Of a stretch of DNA of 64,000 bases, positions 10,988 to 18,907 are shown in pieces. Origin of the DNA: Candidatus Latescibacterota bacterium (GTDB lineage: Bacteria; Latescibacterota; UBA2968; UBA8231). The number at the start of each line of letters is the position of its first letter. Positions within the stretch are counted from its first letter, which is position 1. The stretch is taken from NCBI GenBank assembly GCA_965221775.1, contig CBDCSU010000006.1, positions 928,001-992,000 on the forward strand, read 5' to 3'. Position numbers and translations under genes: made by a program. The notes beneath the pieces were generated by a model, which worked only from the letters and a program-made list of their open reading frames with translations, had not been told where the DNA came from and ran no database searches.

Positions 10988-11083
10988 GGGAATGGCTGGG
11001 GCTCTGGTGGCCCTCGCGGACTTCAAATCCGTTGCGGCGCGGTCTCCGCGCCGGGTGGGTTCGATTCCCACACATTCCCGCCA
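10988..11083 (+). tRNA. selC: tRNA-Sec (anticodon UCA)
   Basis: Acceptor GGGAATG/CATTCCC + G-CCA; anticodon arm GCGGA-CTTCAAA-TCCGT; long variable arm CGGCGCGG/CCGCGCCG; T arm GTGGG-TTCGATT-CCCAC. Confidence 0.96.
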
Positions 11084-11090
11084 GAACAAG

Positions 11091-11142
11091 GAGACCCGCC
11101 CGCGGGAAACCGGTGAGCACCGGACCGCGGGCGGGTTTCTTC
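11091..11142. terminator. Stem-loop between the convergent selC and Rdx genes (probable terminator)
   Basis: GAGACCCGCCCGCGG ... CCGCGGGCGGGTTTC followed by TT. Confidence 0.6.
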
Positions 11143-11160
11143 CTGCGGATCACCCCGATC

Positions 11161-11388
11161 TCAGATCTTCTCGAGGATCTCCTTCTCCTCGGGGAAACGT
11201 CCCTCGGCGAGCTTGGAGAAGATCAGCTCACCGTCGACCGTGACCTCGAAGCGCCCGCCGTGGGACGGCAGGAGCACGAGCTGGGCGAGGTCGAGCTTCT
11301 TGTGCTTGAGGATTGCGGCCGTCAGACCGACGGCCTGGGGTTCGTAGCCTCAGGAACTGCAGTACTGGATCTCGATCTTGTCGATCAT
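11161..11388 (-). CDS. SelW/Rdx-family selenoprotein (CxxU), 75 aa, with in-frame UGA
   Basis: Manual translation MIDKIEIQYCSS-U-GYEPQAVGLTAAILKHKKLDLAQLVLLPSHGGRFEVTVDGELIFSKLAEGRFPEEKEILEKI; AAGGAG RBS; TGA at 11350-11352; Rdx motif GGxFEVxVDGxLIFSKxxxGRFP lies downstream of the TGA. Confidence 0.93.
11317..11335 (-). promoter_or_regulatory. Putative bacterial SECIS of the Rdx selenoprotein
   Basis: Hairpin GGCCGTC-GGTCT-GACGGCC beginning 14 nt after the UGA, with a G-first apical loop. Confidence 0.75.
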
Positions 11389-11408
11389 CTCGTCTCCTTC
11401 CTTTGTGA

Positions 11409-12170
11409 CTACGGTACGGGCGGGCTTTCCGGGGAGCAATCCGCCGACCCGAGCGGCTCGTGCCCCAGCACCCGGCGGGCGTGTTCGGTGTCGCGGTAGC
11501 TGAGCCGGTTGTCGGAGACCGCGTAGAACACGTCGAAGCGGACCTCCGCCGGCGCCGTGACGCAACGCTCCACGAGGACGGCCACGTTCTCCTGGCTGCA
11601 GTACACCGACTGGTCCCGCCGCTCCAGGGCCCGGTCCTCGGGGCGGACGGCGCCGATGCGCAGGCAGATCACCGAGAGCCCGGTGGAATCCGAGTAGTGG
11701 CGGGCCAGGGCCTCGCCCCAGGCCTTGGTGCAGCCGTAGAGGCCCGCCGGCCGCGGCGGGGTCTCGTGGGTGAGCATGGCCCAGGAGGCGGGGACGGCGG
11801 CGGGATCCCCCGAGACCAGGCTCTGGTACGGCTCCTCCTGCTCCCAGCCCGAGACCACCGAGCCGCTGCTGGCGTAGACCACGCGGGAGACGCCGGCCTG
11901 GCGCGAGGCTTCGAGCACGTTGTAAGTGCCCACCACGTTGTTGCGAAGCAGGGTCTCCCAGTCGCCGCGGATCGCCGCCGCCAGGTGGACGACTACGTCC
12001 ACCCCCTCGAAGGCGGGGCGGATGGCGTCGAGGTCGGCGATGTCCGCCTGGTGGCAGGGGACCCCCTCCACGGGACGGCGGTTCAGGGCCGACAGCTCGA
12101 AGCGGCCCTCCAGCCGCCGGCGCACGGCGCCGCCGATGAGACCGCTCATGCCGGTGATCAGCACCTTCAT
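11409..12170 (-). CDS. NAD-dependent epimerase/dehydratase (uronate-dehydrogenase-like extended SDR)
   Basis: KVLITGMSGLIG, VVHLAA, YASS, YGCTK (YxxxK), LRIG. Confidence 0.85.
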   Translation of the reverse strand: MKVLITGMSGLIGGAVRRRLEGRFELSALNRRPVEGVPCHQADIADLDAIRPAFEGVDVVVHLAAAIRGDWETLLRNNVVGTYNVLEASRQAGVSRVVYASSGSVVSGWEQEEPYQSLVSGDPAAVPASWAMLTHETPPRPAGLYGCTKAWGEALARHYSDSTGLSVICLRIGAVRPEDRALERRDQSVYCSQENVAVLVERCVTAPAEVRFDVFYAVSDNRLSYRDTEHARRVLGHEPLGSADCSPESPPVP

Positions 12171-12264
12171 GGCGCACAAGACTCGTCCACGCTCCCGGGC
12201 GGCGCCAGTCCCGCGGGGCCCGCCGCTGGCCGCCGCGGCTCATCCCGCCCTACCTTTGGCCGCC

Positions 12265-13236
12265 ATGGCCACCATGCTCAGAGCCGCCAAGCACGACGGC
12301 GTCGGCAACGTCGTCGTCGAGCGCGTCGAGGTGCCCCGGCCCGGCGAGGGCGAGGTCCTCGTGCGCCTGCAGGCTTCCCTGATCAGCCGCGGCTCCGAGA
12401 TCGGCGGCCGCTACCTGAGCGAGACCGCCGTCGACCCGTCGCGCATGGGCTACTCCGCCGCCGGTGTCGTCGCCGAGGCGGGACCGGGCGTCGACGATCC
12501 CGCCCCCGGGGACCGGGTCGTCGTCTCCGCGCCCCACGCCGAGTACGTCATCGGTCAGGCCGGCGCGCCCCCCACCCGTCCCTCCATCACTCCCCTGCCC
12601 GACGAGGTCGGCTTCGAGGCCGCCACCTTCCTGCCCCTGACCACGAGCAGCCTGGCCTGGGCCGACAGCGCCATGATCGGGCCCCGAGACAGCGTCGTCA
12701 TCCTCGGCCAGGGGCTGGTGGGCAGCATCCTGCTGCAGGTGGTGCACCAGCGGCAGACGGGACGGCTGGTGGCCGTGGACGGGCTGGAGCGCCGCTGCCG
12801 GCTCGCCGGACGCATCGCCGACGATGTCGTCGACTGCTCGCGCCAGGACCCGGTGGAGGCGGTGCGGCGGCTCTGCCCCGGGGGGGCGGATGTGGTCATC
12901 GACTGCGTCGGCGGCGGCGCCGGGGTGCAGTCCTTCGCCCAGGCCCAGGAGATGTGCGCCGACGGCGGCGTGATCCAGCTCGTGGGGCTCTACCACCGGC
13001 AGCCCCTGCCCCTCGACGCCAGCCGCGTAATGGGCAAGCTCGTGGTCGGCGGCATCCGCACCCCGAAGCCCCGGGGCGAGTACAGCCGGGACGCCGCGCG
13101 CTTCCTGGCGGACGGGCACCTGGCCACCGAGGACATGATCACCCACCGCTTCCCCCTCGAGGAAGCGAAGCAGGCCTTCGACCTGCTCGTCGACGACCTG
13201 GGCTCGGCCCTGGGCGTGCTCTTCGTCTACGGCTAG
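12265..13236 (+). CDS. MDR-superfamily (zinc-binding-type) dehydrogenase
   Basis: SLISRGSE, MGYSAAG, GQGLVG nucleotide-binding motif, DVVIDCVG, ITHRFPLEE. Confidence 0.8.
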   Translation: MATMLRAAKHDGVGNVVVERVEVPRPGEGEVLVRLQASLISRGSEIGGRYLSETAVDPSRMGYSAAGVVAEAGPGVDDPAPGDRVVVSAPHAEYVIGQAGAPPTRPSITPLPDEVGFEAATFLPLTTSSLAWADSAMIGPRDSVVILGQGLVGSILLQVVHQRQTGRLVAVDGLERRCRLAGRIADDVVDCSRQDPVEAVRRLCPGGADVVIDCVGGGAGVQSFAQAQEMCADGGVIQLVGLYHRQPLPLDASRVMGKLVVGGIRTPKPRGEYSRDAARFLADGHLATEDMITHRFPLEEAKQAFDLLVDDLGSALGVLFVYG

Positions 13237-13260
13237 CGGCCGCAGCCGCCGGGAGACCCC

Positions 13261-14559
13261 ATGCCCGAATCGAACCACCCGCCGGAGCCGGAGAGGCTGC
13301 GCCACCTGCTGGAGGAGAACGGGGCCCGCGGGGAGGACCTGGACCGCTTCGACCGCATGACCTCGCGGCGGGGGTTCCTGTCGTCGGTGGGCAAAGGCGC
13401 GGCGCTGGCCGGCCTCGGCGTTTTCGGCGCCGGCCCCGACGCGGCCGTGCGGGGCCTCTTCGGCCGCGGGCTCATCCCCGGGGCCTGGGCGGCCGGGGAC
13501 GGACTGCCCAAGCCGGAGATGATCGTCCACTCCGAGGAGCCCTTCAACGGCGAGTTCCCCCCCCATCTGCTCGGCGACGCGGTGACGCCCACGAGCCGCC
13601 ACTTCGTGCGCAACAACGGCGGCATCCCCGGGCGCGCCCGCAGCCGCGACCCGCAGGACTGGAAGCTGACCGTCGACGGCGAGGTCCGCTCGCCGCGCGC
13701 CTTCTCCTACGACGATCTGGGCCGCCTGCCGCAGGTCACGCGCCGGCTGGTGGTCGAGTGCGCCGGCAACGGCCGCAGCCTCTTCGCCCCCGCCGTGGGC
13801 GGCACCCAGTGGGTCCGCGGGGCCGTGGCCTGCAGCGAGTGGACGGGGGTGCGCCTGCGCGACGTGCTCCAGGCCGCGGGGCTGACCGAGAAGGCCGTGT
13901 ACCTCGGCAACCACGGCGAGGACGAGCCGCCGTTCTCGCGGGGCATCCCCGTGGACAAGGCGATGGACGAGCACACCCTCATCGCCCTCAAGATGAACGG
14001 CGAGCCCCTGCCGGCGGCCCACGGCTTCCCGGCGCGCCTGCTGGTCCCGGGCTGGGTCGGCAGCTCCATGCAGAAGTGGCTCCACCGCATCCAGGTCCGC
14101 GACACCGTCCACGACTCCCGGCACATGAGCGGCTATTCCTACCGCGTGCCGGCCTATCCCGTCGCCCCCGGCCACAAGCCGCCGGAGTCGGACATGGCCA
14201 TCGCCACCTCGTGGCGGGTCAAGTCCCTCATCACCGCTCCCGCGCCGGAGGCCGAAGTCCAGCGAGGCCTTCCGCTGCAGGTCAGGGGACACGCCTGGGC
14301 CGGCGAGGGCCAGGTGGCCAGAGTGTTGGTCTCGACCGACTTCGGGGTCCACTGGCAGGAGGCCCGGCTGACGCAACCGGCCAACCGCTACGCCTGGTAC
14401 GGCTGGTCCGCCGAGCTAACCCTCGCCGCCCGGGGTTACTACGAGATCTGGGCCCGCGCCTTCGACGCCGCGGGCAACGCCCAGCCCTTCCGCCAGCCCT
14501 GGAACCCCAAGGGCTACCTCGGCAACGTCATCCACCGGGTGCCGGTGCGGGTGGCCTGA
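13261..14559 (+). CDS. Tat-exported sulfite oxidase family molybdoenzyme (SorT/SoxC-like)
   Basis: Tat motif SRRGFL; FVRNNG, Mo-ligand ECAGNGR, WTGVRL, MNGEPLPAAHGFPARL, dimerisation domain WARAFD..GNAQP..WNPKGY. Confidence 0.92.
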   Translation: MPESNHPPEPERLRHLLEENGARGEDLDRFDRMTSRRGFLSSVGKGAALAGLGVFGAGPDAAVRGLFGRGLIPGAWAAGDGLPKPEMIVHSEEPFNGEFPPHLLGDAVTPTSRHFVRNNGGIPGRARSRDPQDWKLTVDGEVRSPRAFSYDDLGRLPQVTRRLVVECAGNGRSLFAPAVGGTQWVRGAVACSEWTGVRLRDVLQAAGLTEKAVYLGNHGEDEPPFSRGIPVDKAMDEHTLIALKMNGEPLPAAHGFPARLLVPGWVGSSMQKWLHRIQVRDTVHDSRHMSGYSYRVPAYPVAPGHKPPESDMAIATSWRVKSLITAPAPEAEVQRGLPLQVRGHAWAGEGQVARVLVSTDFGVHWQEARLTQPANRYAWYGWSAELTLAARGYYEIWARAFDAAGNAQPFRQPWNPKGYLGNVIHRVPVRVA

Positions 14560-14561
14560 AG

Positions 14562-14885
14562 ACGGCGCGCGGCCGCCCTCGCGTGCGCCGCCCTTCTCGC
14601 CGGGCCCGCGCCGCGGCTCACGGAACGATCCCTCCGTCGTCGGCGGCTCCGCGCCGGCGCCTGTTCCGCCGGCGGCGTGCGGCCGCCTTCGCCTGCACCT
14701 CTCCTCTCCCGGACCCCGTCCCACCCGGCGGCCACAGGGAGTCCCGGTACCAAGCTCGGCCGGCGGCTGCGCTCTGAGCGGCGACTTCGGAGGCGCCGAG
14801 GGGAAGTACCTGCAGGCGTCGAGCTTGACTCCACCCATGTCCGGCCCCCGACGGCCTCGGCTTTGTCTATTCCGTCAGGACCCGG
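14562..14885 (+). pseudogene. Decayed copy of the 5' end of the TPR gene at 17384
   Basis: 14562-14623 aligns ungapped to 17413-17474; 14748-14873 aligns with indels to 17513-17638, then jumps to 17742-17756. Confidence 0.85.
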
Positions 14886-14902
14886 ACGAGGCTCGCCCGC
14901 CG

Positions 14903-16867
14903 TCAGATCTGGGTGAGGAAGCTGCCCGTGGTGCCGGTGAGGTAGTCGATCACCAGGAACACTCCGGCCCCCACGATCTCGCCCAGGATGAGCCCCAGGA
15001 AGAAGGGCCGCAGGCCGCGGTAGAGGCGCACCCCGCCGTAGCGCAGGATCAGCAACTTCAGGCACCAGGCCAGCAGGGCGCTGCAGAAGATGTGGTCCGT
15101 CTTCCAGTTGGCGGCGATTGTGAAGCCGAGCGGGTTCAGCGGCCACCACACGAACTGGTGGCGCACCCACATGAGGGCCGACATCACCCCTCCCCCGATG
15201 AGCATGTAGCGCACGGCGTCCCAGCGCGGGCCTTCGGGCGCCCCGGCGATGCGCGGAGCCATGTCCCTGGGCCCGAAGTGGGTGGACTGCCATGAGAAGA
15301 ACAGGGGGTTGAGGTTGATGCCGCCGTGCTCGTAGGCCATGACCAGGGTGACGTAGGAGGAGCCTGCCAGGCTGACGAGGATGGCGATGACGATCGCCCA
15401 GAACAGCCTCCGCTTCGGACCGCGGATCATCTCGCTCATCTTGAGCCCGTTGGCCACCGAGGACATGACGAAGGAGCGGATCTCCGAGTGCCAGCCGTAG
15501 GAGAAGCCGAGGGCCACCAGGCCCTGGGCGCCGATGGCGGAGGTGCCCACGGTGGAGATCACGAAGGTCGAGGTCATCAGGGGAGGGCGCATGGCCGGGA
15601 TGCCGCCCTCGGCGACGACCCGCGTCAGCGCCATGAACAGGACCATGGCGCCGAAGACGAAGAGCAGCGCCACGGGAAAGGGAAGGCCGATCGCCGTCAG
15701 CCAGACGGCGACGATCAGCAGGCCGAGGAGAAGCCCGAAGAAGGCCTGCCGGTAGGTGAGGATCTCGCCGCTGTCGTCGACCTCCCGGGACCCGCGGAGG
15801 GCCTTGGCCGCCACCTGCCGCAGGTGCCTGCGCGCCACCCACAGACCGACGAGGACGAAGACGATCACCGCCCCGAGGCCCTGGTGGGCGAGGATGGGGT
15901 CCCTCCCGGAGTAGAAGTCGATCCGCTGCGTGCTGTGCACCCCGAGGACGTTCAGGACGCCCCGCTGCAGCCGGACGAGGAGGTAGAAGACCCAGATCGA
16001 GGCCGAGATGTCGAGGCTGACGAAGTAGAAGAACCCCGTCCACGGCGGGCTGAACCAGAAGCTGAACCAGGTGTTGCCGAAGGCGGGCAGCACGAAGATG
16101 CGCTCGAGGCGCGGGATCTCCGGAAAGTAGGAGTGCAGCCCGTTGACGCTGAGCAGCAGGAAGGAGACGGCGAAGCCCAGCCACATCGTCCGGTTGGTGA
16201 AGAACGAGCGGCCCACGGCGCCGCCCTCGGCCCGCTGGATCATCTCCATCGGCACCTGCACCAGGGCGTAGGTCAGCCGCTCGTTGTCGACCCACTGCCG
16301 GCGCAGGATCACCATGGCGCAGATCATGGCGAAGCCGAGAGCCAGGAAGAAGCCGAACCACAGGCCCAGGGGCACCACCCAGGCGCCCCACGGGATCGAG
16401 GCCCCCTCGGGCAAGCCCTCGAAGAAGTAGCGGGCCACGCCCTCGCCCCGCGGGATCATCCACTCGGGGATGTACTGATTGTAGAGCTCGTCCCAGTTGT
16501 TCTCCGGCGTGGCGTAGTACGTCGAGCCGAGGAGGCAGGGGATGATGAACTGGGTGAAGCCCATGCCGGGGATGCAGCAGGCCACCACCAGCATGACGTA
16601 GATCGTGATCAGCTCCGACCGGGTCAGCGCCAGCCACCGGTGCAGGAGGCCCACGGCGCCGCTGGCCAGGACGAGAAAGAAGAAGAAGAAGAGCGCGGCG
16701 GGGGTGCTGAAGTTGAGGGTCAGGTACGACCCCTGGATCGCGTTCGTCGCGTAGGTGTCGCAGACGTTGAGCACCAGGGACAACACGGCCCCGATGAGGA
16801 GGCCCCGCAACGGGATCCCCCGCAGATCGCGCGGGTGCTGCCGGTCCTTCTGAGGTGGTGCCGTCAT
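14903..16867 (-). CDS. Polytopic membrane protein, DUF6785/DUF6784-like putative transporter (copy 1)
   Basis: 654 aa with many TM segments; LRRQWVDNERLTY, RVVAEGG, WWPLNPLG, LRYGG..RPFFLGLILG; near-identical to 34543-36507. Family name from recollection. Confidence 0.8.
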   Translation of the reverse strand: MTAPPQKDRQHPRDLRGIPLRGLLIGAVLSLVLNVCDTYATNAIQGSYLTLNFSTPAALFFFFFLVLASGAVGLLHRWLALTRSELITIYVMLVVACCIPGMGFTQFIIPCLLGSTYYATPENNWDELYNQYIPEWMIPRGEGVARYFFEGLPEGASIPWGAWVVPLGLWFGFFLALGFAMICAMVILRRQWVDNERLTYALVQVPMEMIQRAEGGAVGRSFFTNRTMWLGFAVSFLLLSVNGLHSYFPEIPRLERIFVLPAFGNTWFSFWFSPPWTGFFYFVSLDISASIWVFYLLVRLQRGVLNVLGVHSTQRIDFYSGRDPILAHQGLGAVIVFVLVGLWVARRHLRQVAAKALRGSREVDDSGEILTYRQAFFGLLLGLLIVAVWLTAIGLPFPVALLFVFGAMVLFMALTRVVAEGGIPAMRPPLMTSTFVISTVGTSAIGAQGLVALGFSYGWHSEIRSFVMSSVANGLKMSEMIRGPKRRLFWAIVIAILVSLAGSSYVTLVMAYEHGGINLNPLFFSWQSTHFGPRDMAPRIAGAPEGPRWDAVRYMLIGGGVMSALMWVRHQFVWWPLNPLGFTIAANWKTDHIFCSALLAWCLKLLILRYGGVRLYRGLRPFFLGLILGEIVGAGVFLVIDYLTGTTGSFLTQI

Positions 16868-16921
16868 CGGGGGTTTGGCGGGTGGTGCCTCACGAGGCGG
16901 GGAGCCTCACCCGCCGGCCAG

Positions 16922-16991
16922 GCCGGGAGGAGTCCGCCCCCGGGCGTCCATCCTCCCCATCAGGGACTCGGCCTGGCTCGCGGAGACGACG
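16922..16991 (-). pseudogene. 70-nt fragment of the alpha/beta-hydrolase gene at 56251
   Basis: 62/70 ungapped identity to 56362-56431 (manual count). Confidence 0.85.
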
Positions 16992-17175
16992 CCGGTCGAG
17001 TATTCCCGCCAGGGGCGTGGGCAGGCGCCAGGAGGCCCGACCTCACCGAGGACGAGCCATGGATCGCGGGTTGCAGAGACGGTGCAAGACCAATCGAAGG
17101 CGGCTGTGCAGGCCAGGAGATGGGTTCGTAGGTTGCAGAAAGCAAAGCTGCCTACCTGCCGCGAGAGGCTTCCCT

Positions 17176-17387
17176 TCATTCTCATGCTGCTGTCCCTGAT
17201 CCGCAAGGAGACCGCCCCCCGGGCTGGCGGAGAAGGCCGTGTGCCCGGGCCACCACGGCGAGGACGAGCCGCCCTTCCGGCGGGCATCCCCGTGGACGAG
17301 ATCCTGGCCCGCGCCCTCGACGCGGCGGGCAATGTCCAGCCCTTCCGGGGGAGCATCCTCCACCGGGCGCCGGTGTGGGCGGCGTGA
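17176..17387 (+). pseudogene. Chimeric remnant: ABC-permease start fused to an internally deleted sulfite oxidase copy
   Basis: 17176-17211 matches 57873-57908 at 35/36; 17221-17387 is a mosaic of 13879-13959, 14443-14492 and 14521-14559. Confidence 0.88.
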
Positions 17388-18907
17388 ACTCCACCCCGCG
17401 GCCGTTCCCCCGGCGGCGCACCGCCGTCTACGCCTGCGCCGCCGTCCTCGCCGGGTCAGCGCTCCGCCTCGCGGCCCAGGAGGCGCCGGCGCCAAGCAGC
17501 GCCGAGGACCTCTACCAGCTCGGCCGCCGCTGCGCCCGGAGCCGCGACTACGCGTGCGCCGAGGAGAACTACCGGAAGGCCGTCGAACTGGACTCCACCC
17601 ATGTGCAGGCCCTCGACGGCCTCGGCTTCGTCTACTCCCTGCAGCGCCGCTTCCCCGAGGCCCGGAAGGCCCTGGAGCGGGCCCTGAGCCTCGATGCCGA
17701 TCACGTCCCCTCCCTCTACAAGCTGGGCAAGCTGTTCCTGATCCGTCAGGACCCGGCCCGGGCCGAGGAGGCCTTCCGGAAGGCGATCGCCGGCGATCCG
17801 GGCTACTACCTCGCCCATCACGGCCTCGGCATGATCCACGCGCGCGGCGACCCCCCGGCGGCGGCGCGCCACTTCGAGACCGCCCACCGCCTAAACCCGA
17901 ACTACCCTCCCTCCCTCTACCGCCTCGGCGGCATCTACCTGGAGGAGCAGGAGTACGGCAAGGCGATCGCCGCCCTGAAGAGGGCCGCCGAGCTGGCCCC
18001 GGAGGAACCCTCCCTCCACTATCTCCTCGGCACCGCGCTCATGGCCGTGGGCCAACTGTCGGAAGCGGTCGAAGCCCTGCAGGCGAGCCTCCGCCTGGAC
18101 CCGCGGAGAGCCGCCGTCCACCACAAGCTGGGCCGGGTCTTCGCCGAGCAGGCCCACGCCCCGCTGGGGACGGCGATGTCGGACCAGGACCTGCTCGCCG
18201 CTTCCGTGGCGGCCCATCGCAAGGCGGTGGAGCTGGCCCCGGGCCACGGCGGCTTCCAGCACAGCCTCGGCATGGCCTACGAGCGGCAGCGGGAGTACGC
18301 CCAGGCGGCGGACCAGTACGAGCGGGCCCTGGCCGCCGACCCGGACCTGGCGTACACGCGCTTTCGCCTGGGCGGCATCTACTCGCGGGAGGCGCGGCAC
18401 GAGGAAGGCATCGCCCAGCTGCGGCAGGCCGTCCGCCTCGAGCCGGAGAACTCCCTCTTCCACTATGCCCTGGGCGCGGCCCATGCCCGCGCCGACAGCA
18501 CCGGCCTGGCGATCCCGGAGTTCCGCAAGGCGATCGACCTCGACCCCTACAACACGGAGGCCCACTACGGTCTGGCCAGGGCCCTGATGCAGCAGGGCCG
18601 GCGCGAGGAGGGCCGGCAGGCGATGGCCGTCTTCCGCGAGCAGAGCCGCGAGAGTCTCGACGATCTCGAGCGCAGTGTCGCCATGTCGCCGGACAACCCG
18701 AGGTTCCACGCCGAGCTCGCCGTGCAGTACTCCCGGCGCGGCCGGCACCTGCGGGCGATCAACGAGCACAAGCTCGCCATCGCCCTGGCGCCCACGAACG
18801 CCCGCTACCACAGGGACCTGGGGGAGACCTACAGGAAGGCGGGCCGCTACGAGGACGCCCGCAGGCAGTTCGCCATCGCGAAGCGGCTGGCCGGGCGGAG
18901 TCCGTGA
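17384..18907 (+). CDS. Secreted tetratricopeptide repeat protein
   Basis: Signal-peptide-like N-terminus; more than ten TPR units (A...Y/F.KA..LDP....LG). Confidence 0.88.
   Translation: MNSTPRPFPRRRTAVYACAAVLAGSALRLAAQEAPAPSSAEDLYQLGRRCARSRDYACAEENYRKAVELDSTHVQALDGLGFVYSLQRRFPEARKALERALSLDADHVPSLYKLGKLFLIRQDPARAEEAFRKAIAGDPGYYLAHHGLGMIHARGDPPAAARHFETAHRLNPNYPPSLYRLGGIYLEEQEYGKAIAALKRAAELAPEEPSLHYLLGTALMAVGQLSEAVEALQASLRLDPRRAAVHHKLGRVFAEQAHAPLGTAMSDQDLLAASVAAHRKAVELAPGHGGFQHSLGMAYERQREYAQAADQYERALAADPDLAYTRFRLGGIYSREARHEEGIAQLRQAVRLEPENSLFHYALGAAHARADSTGLAIPEFRKAIDLDPYNTEAHYGLARALMQQGRREEGRQAMAVFREQSRESLDDLERSVAMSPDNPRFHAELAVQYSRRGRHLRAINEHKLAIALAPTNARYHRDLGETYRKAGRYEDARRQFAIAKRLAGRSP

Noticed and set aside
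10988-11160. selC as an integration site for a genomic island
   Set aside because: No integrase and no repeat of the tRNA 3' end seen in the window
16675-16693. (GAA)n tract as a phase-variable repeat (also near 36315)
   Set aside because: In-frame poly-Phe in a TM helix, identical in both paralogues
14903-16867. Mobile element or insertion with target-site duplication around transporter copy 1
   Set aside because: No transposase, integrase or terminal repeats; flanks are better explained as colinear duplication remnants
16995-17175. Possible VapC fragment (DEPWIAG resembles NDLWIAA) at the position colinear with the 57673 TA remnant
   Set aside because: Match too short and no nucleotide counterpart found in the window; left unassigned
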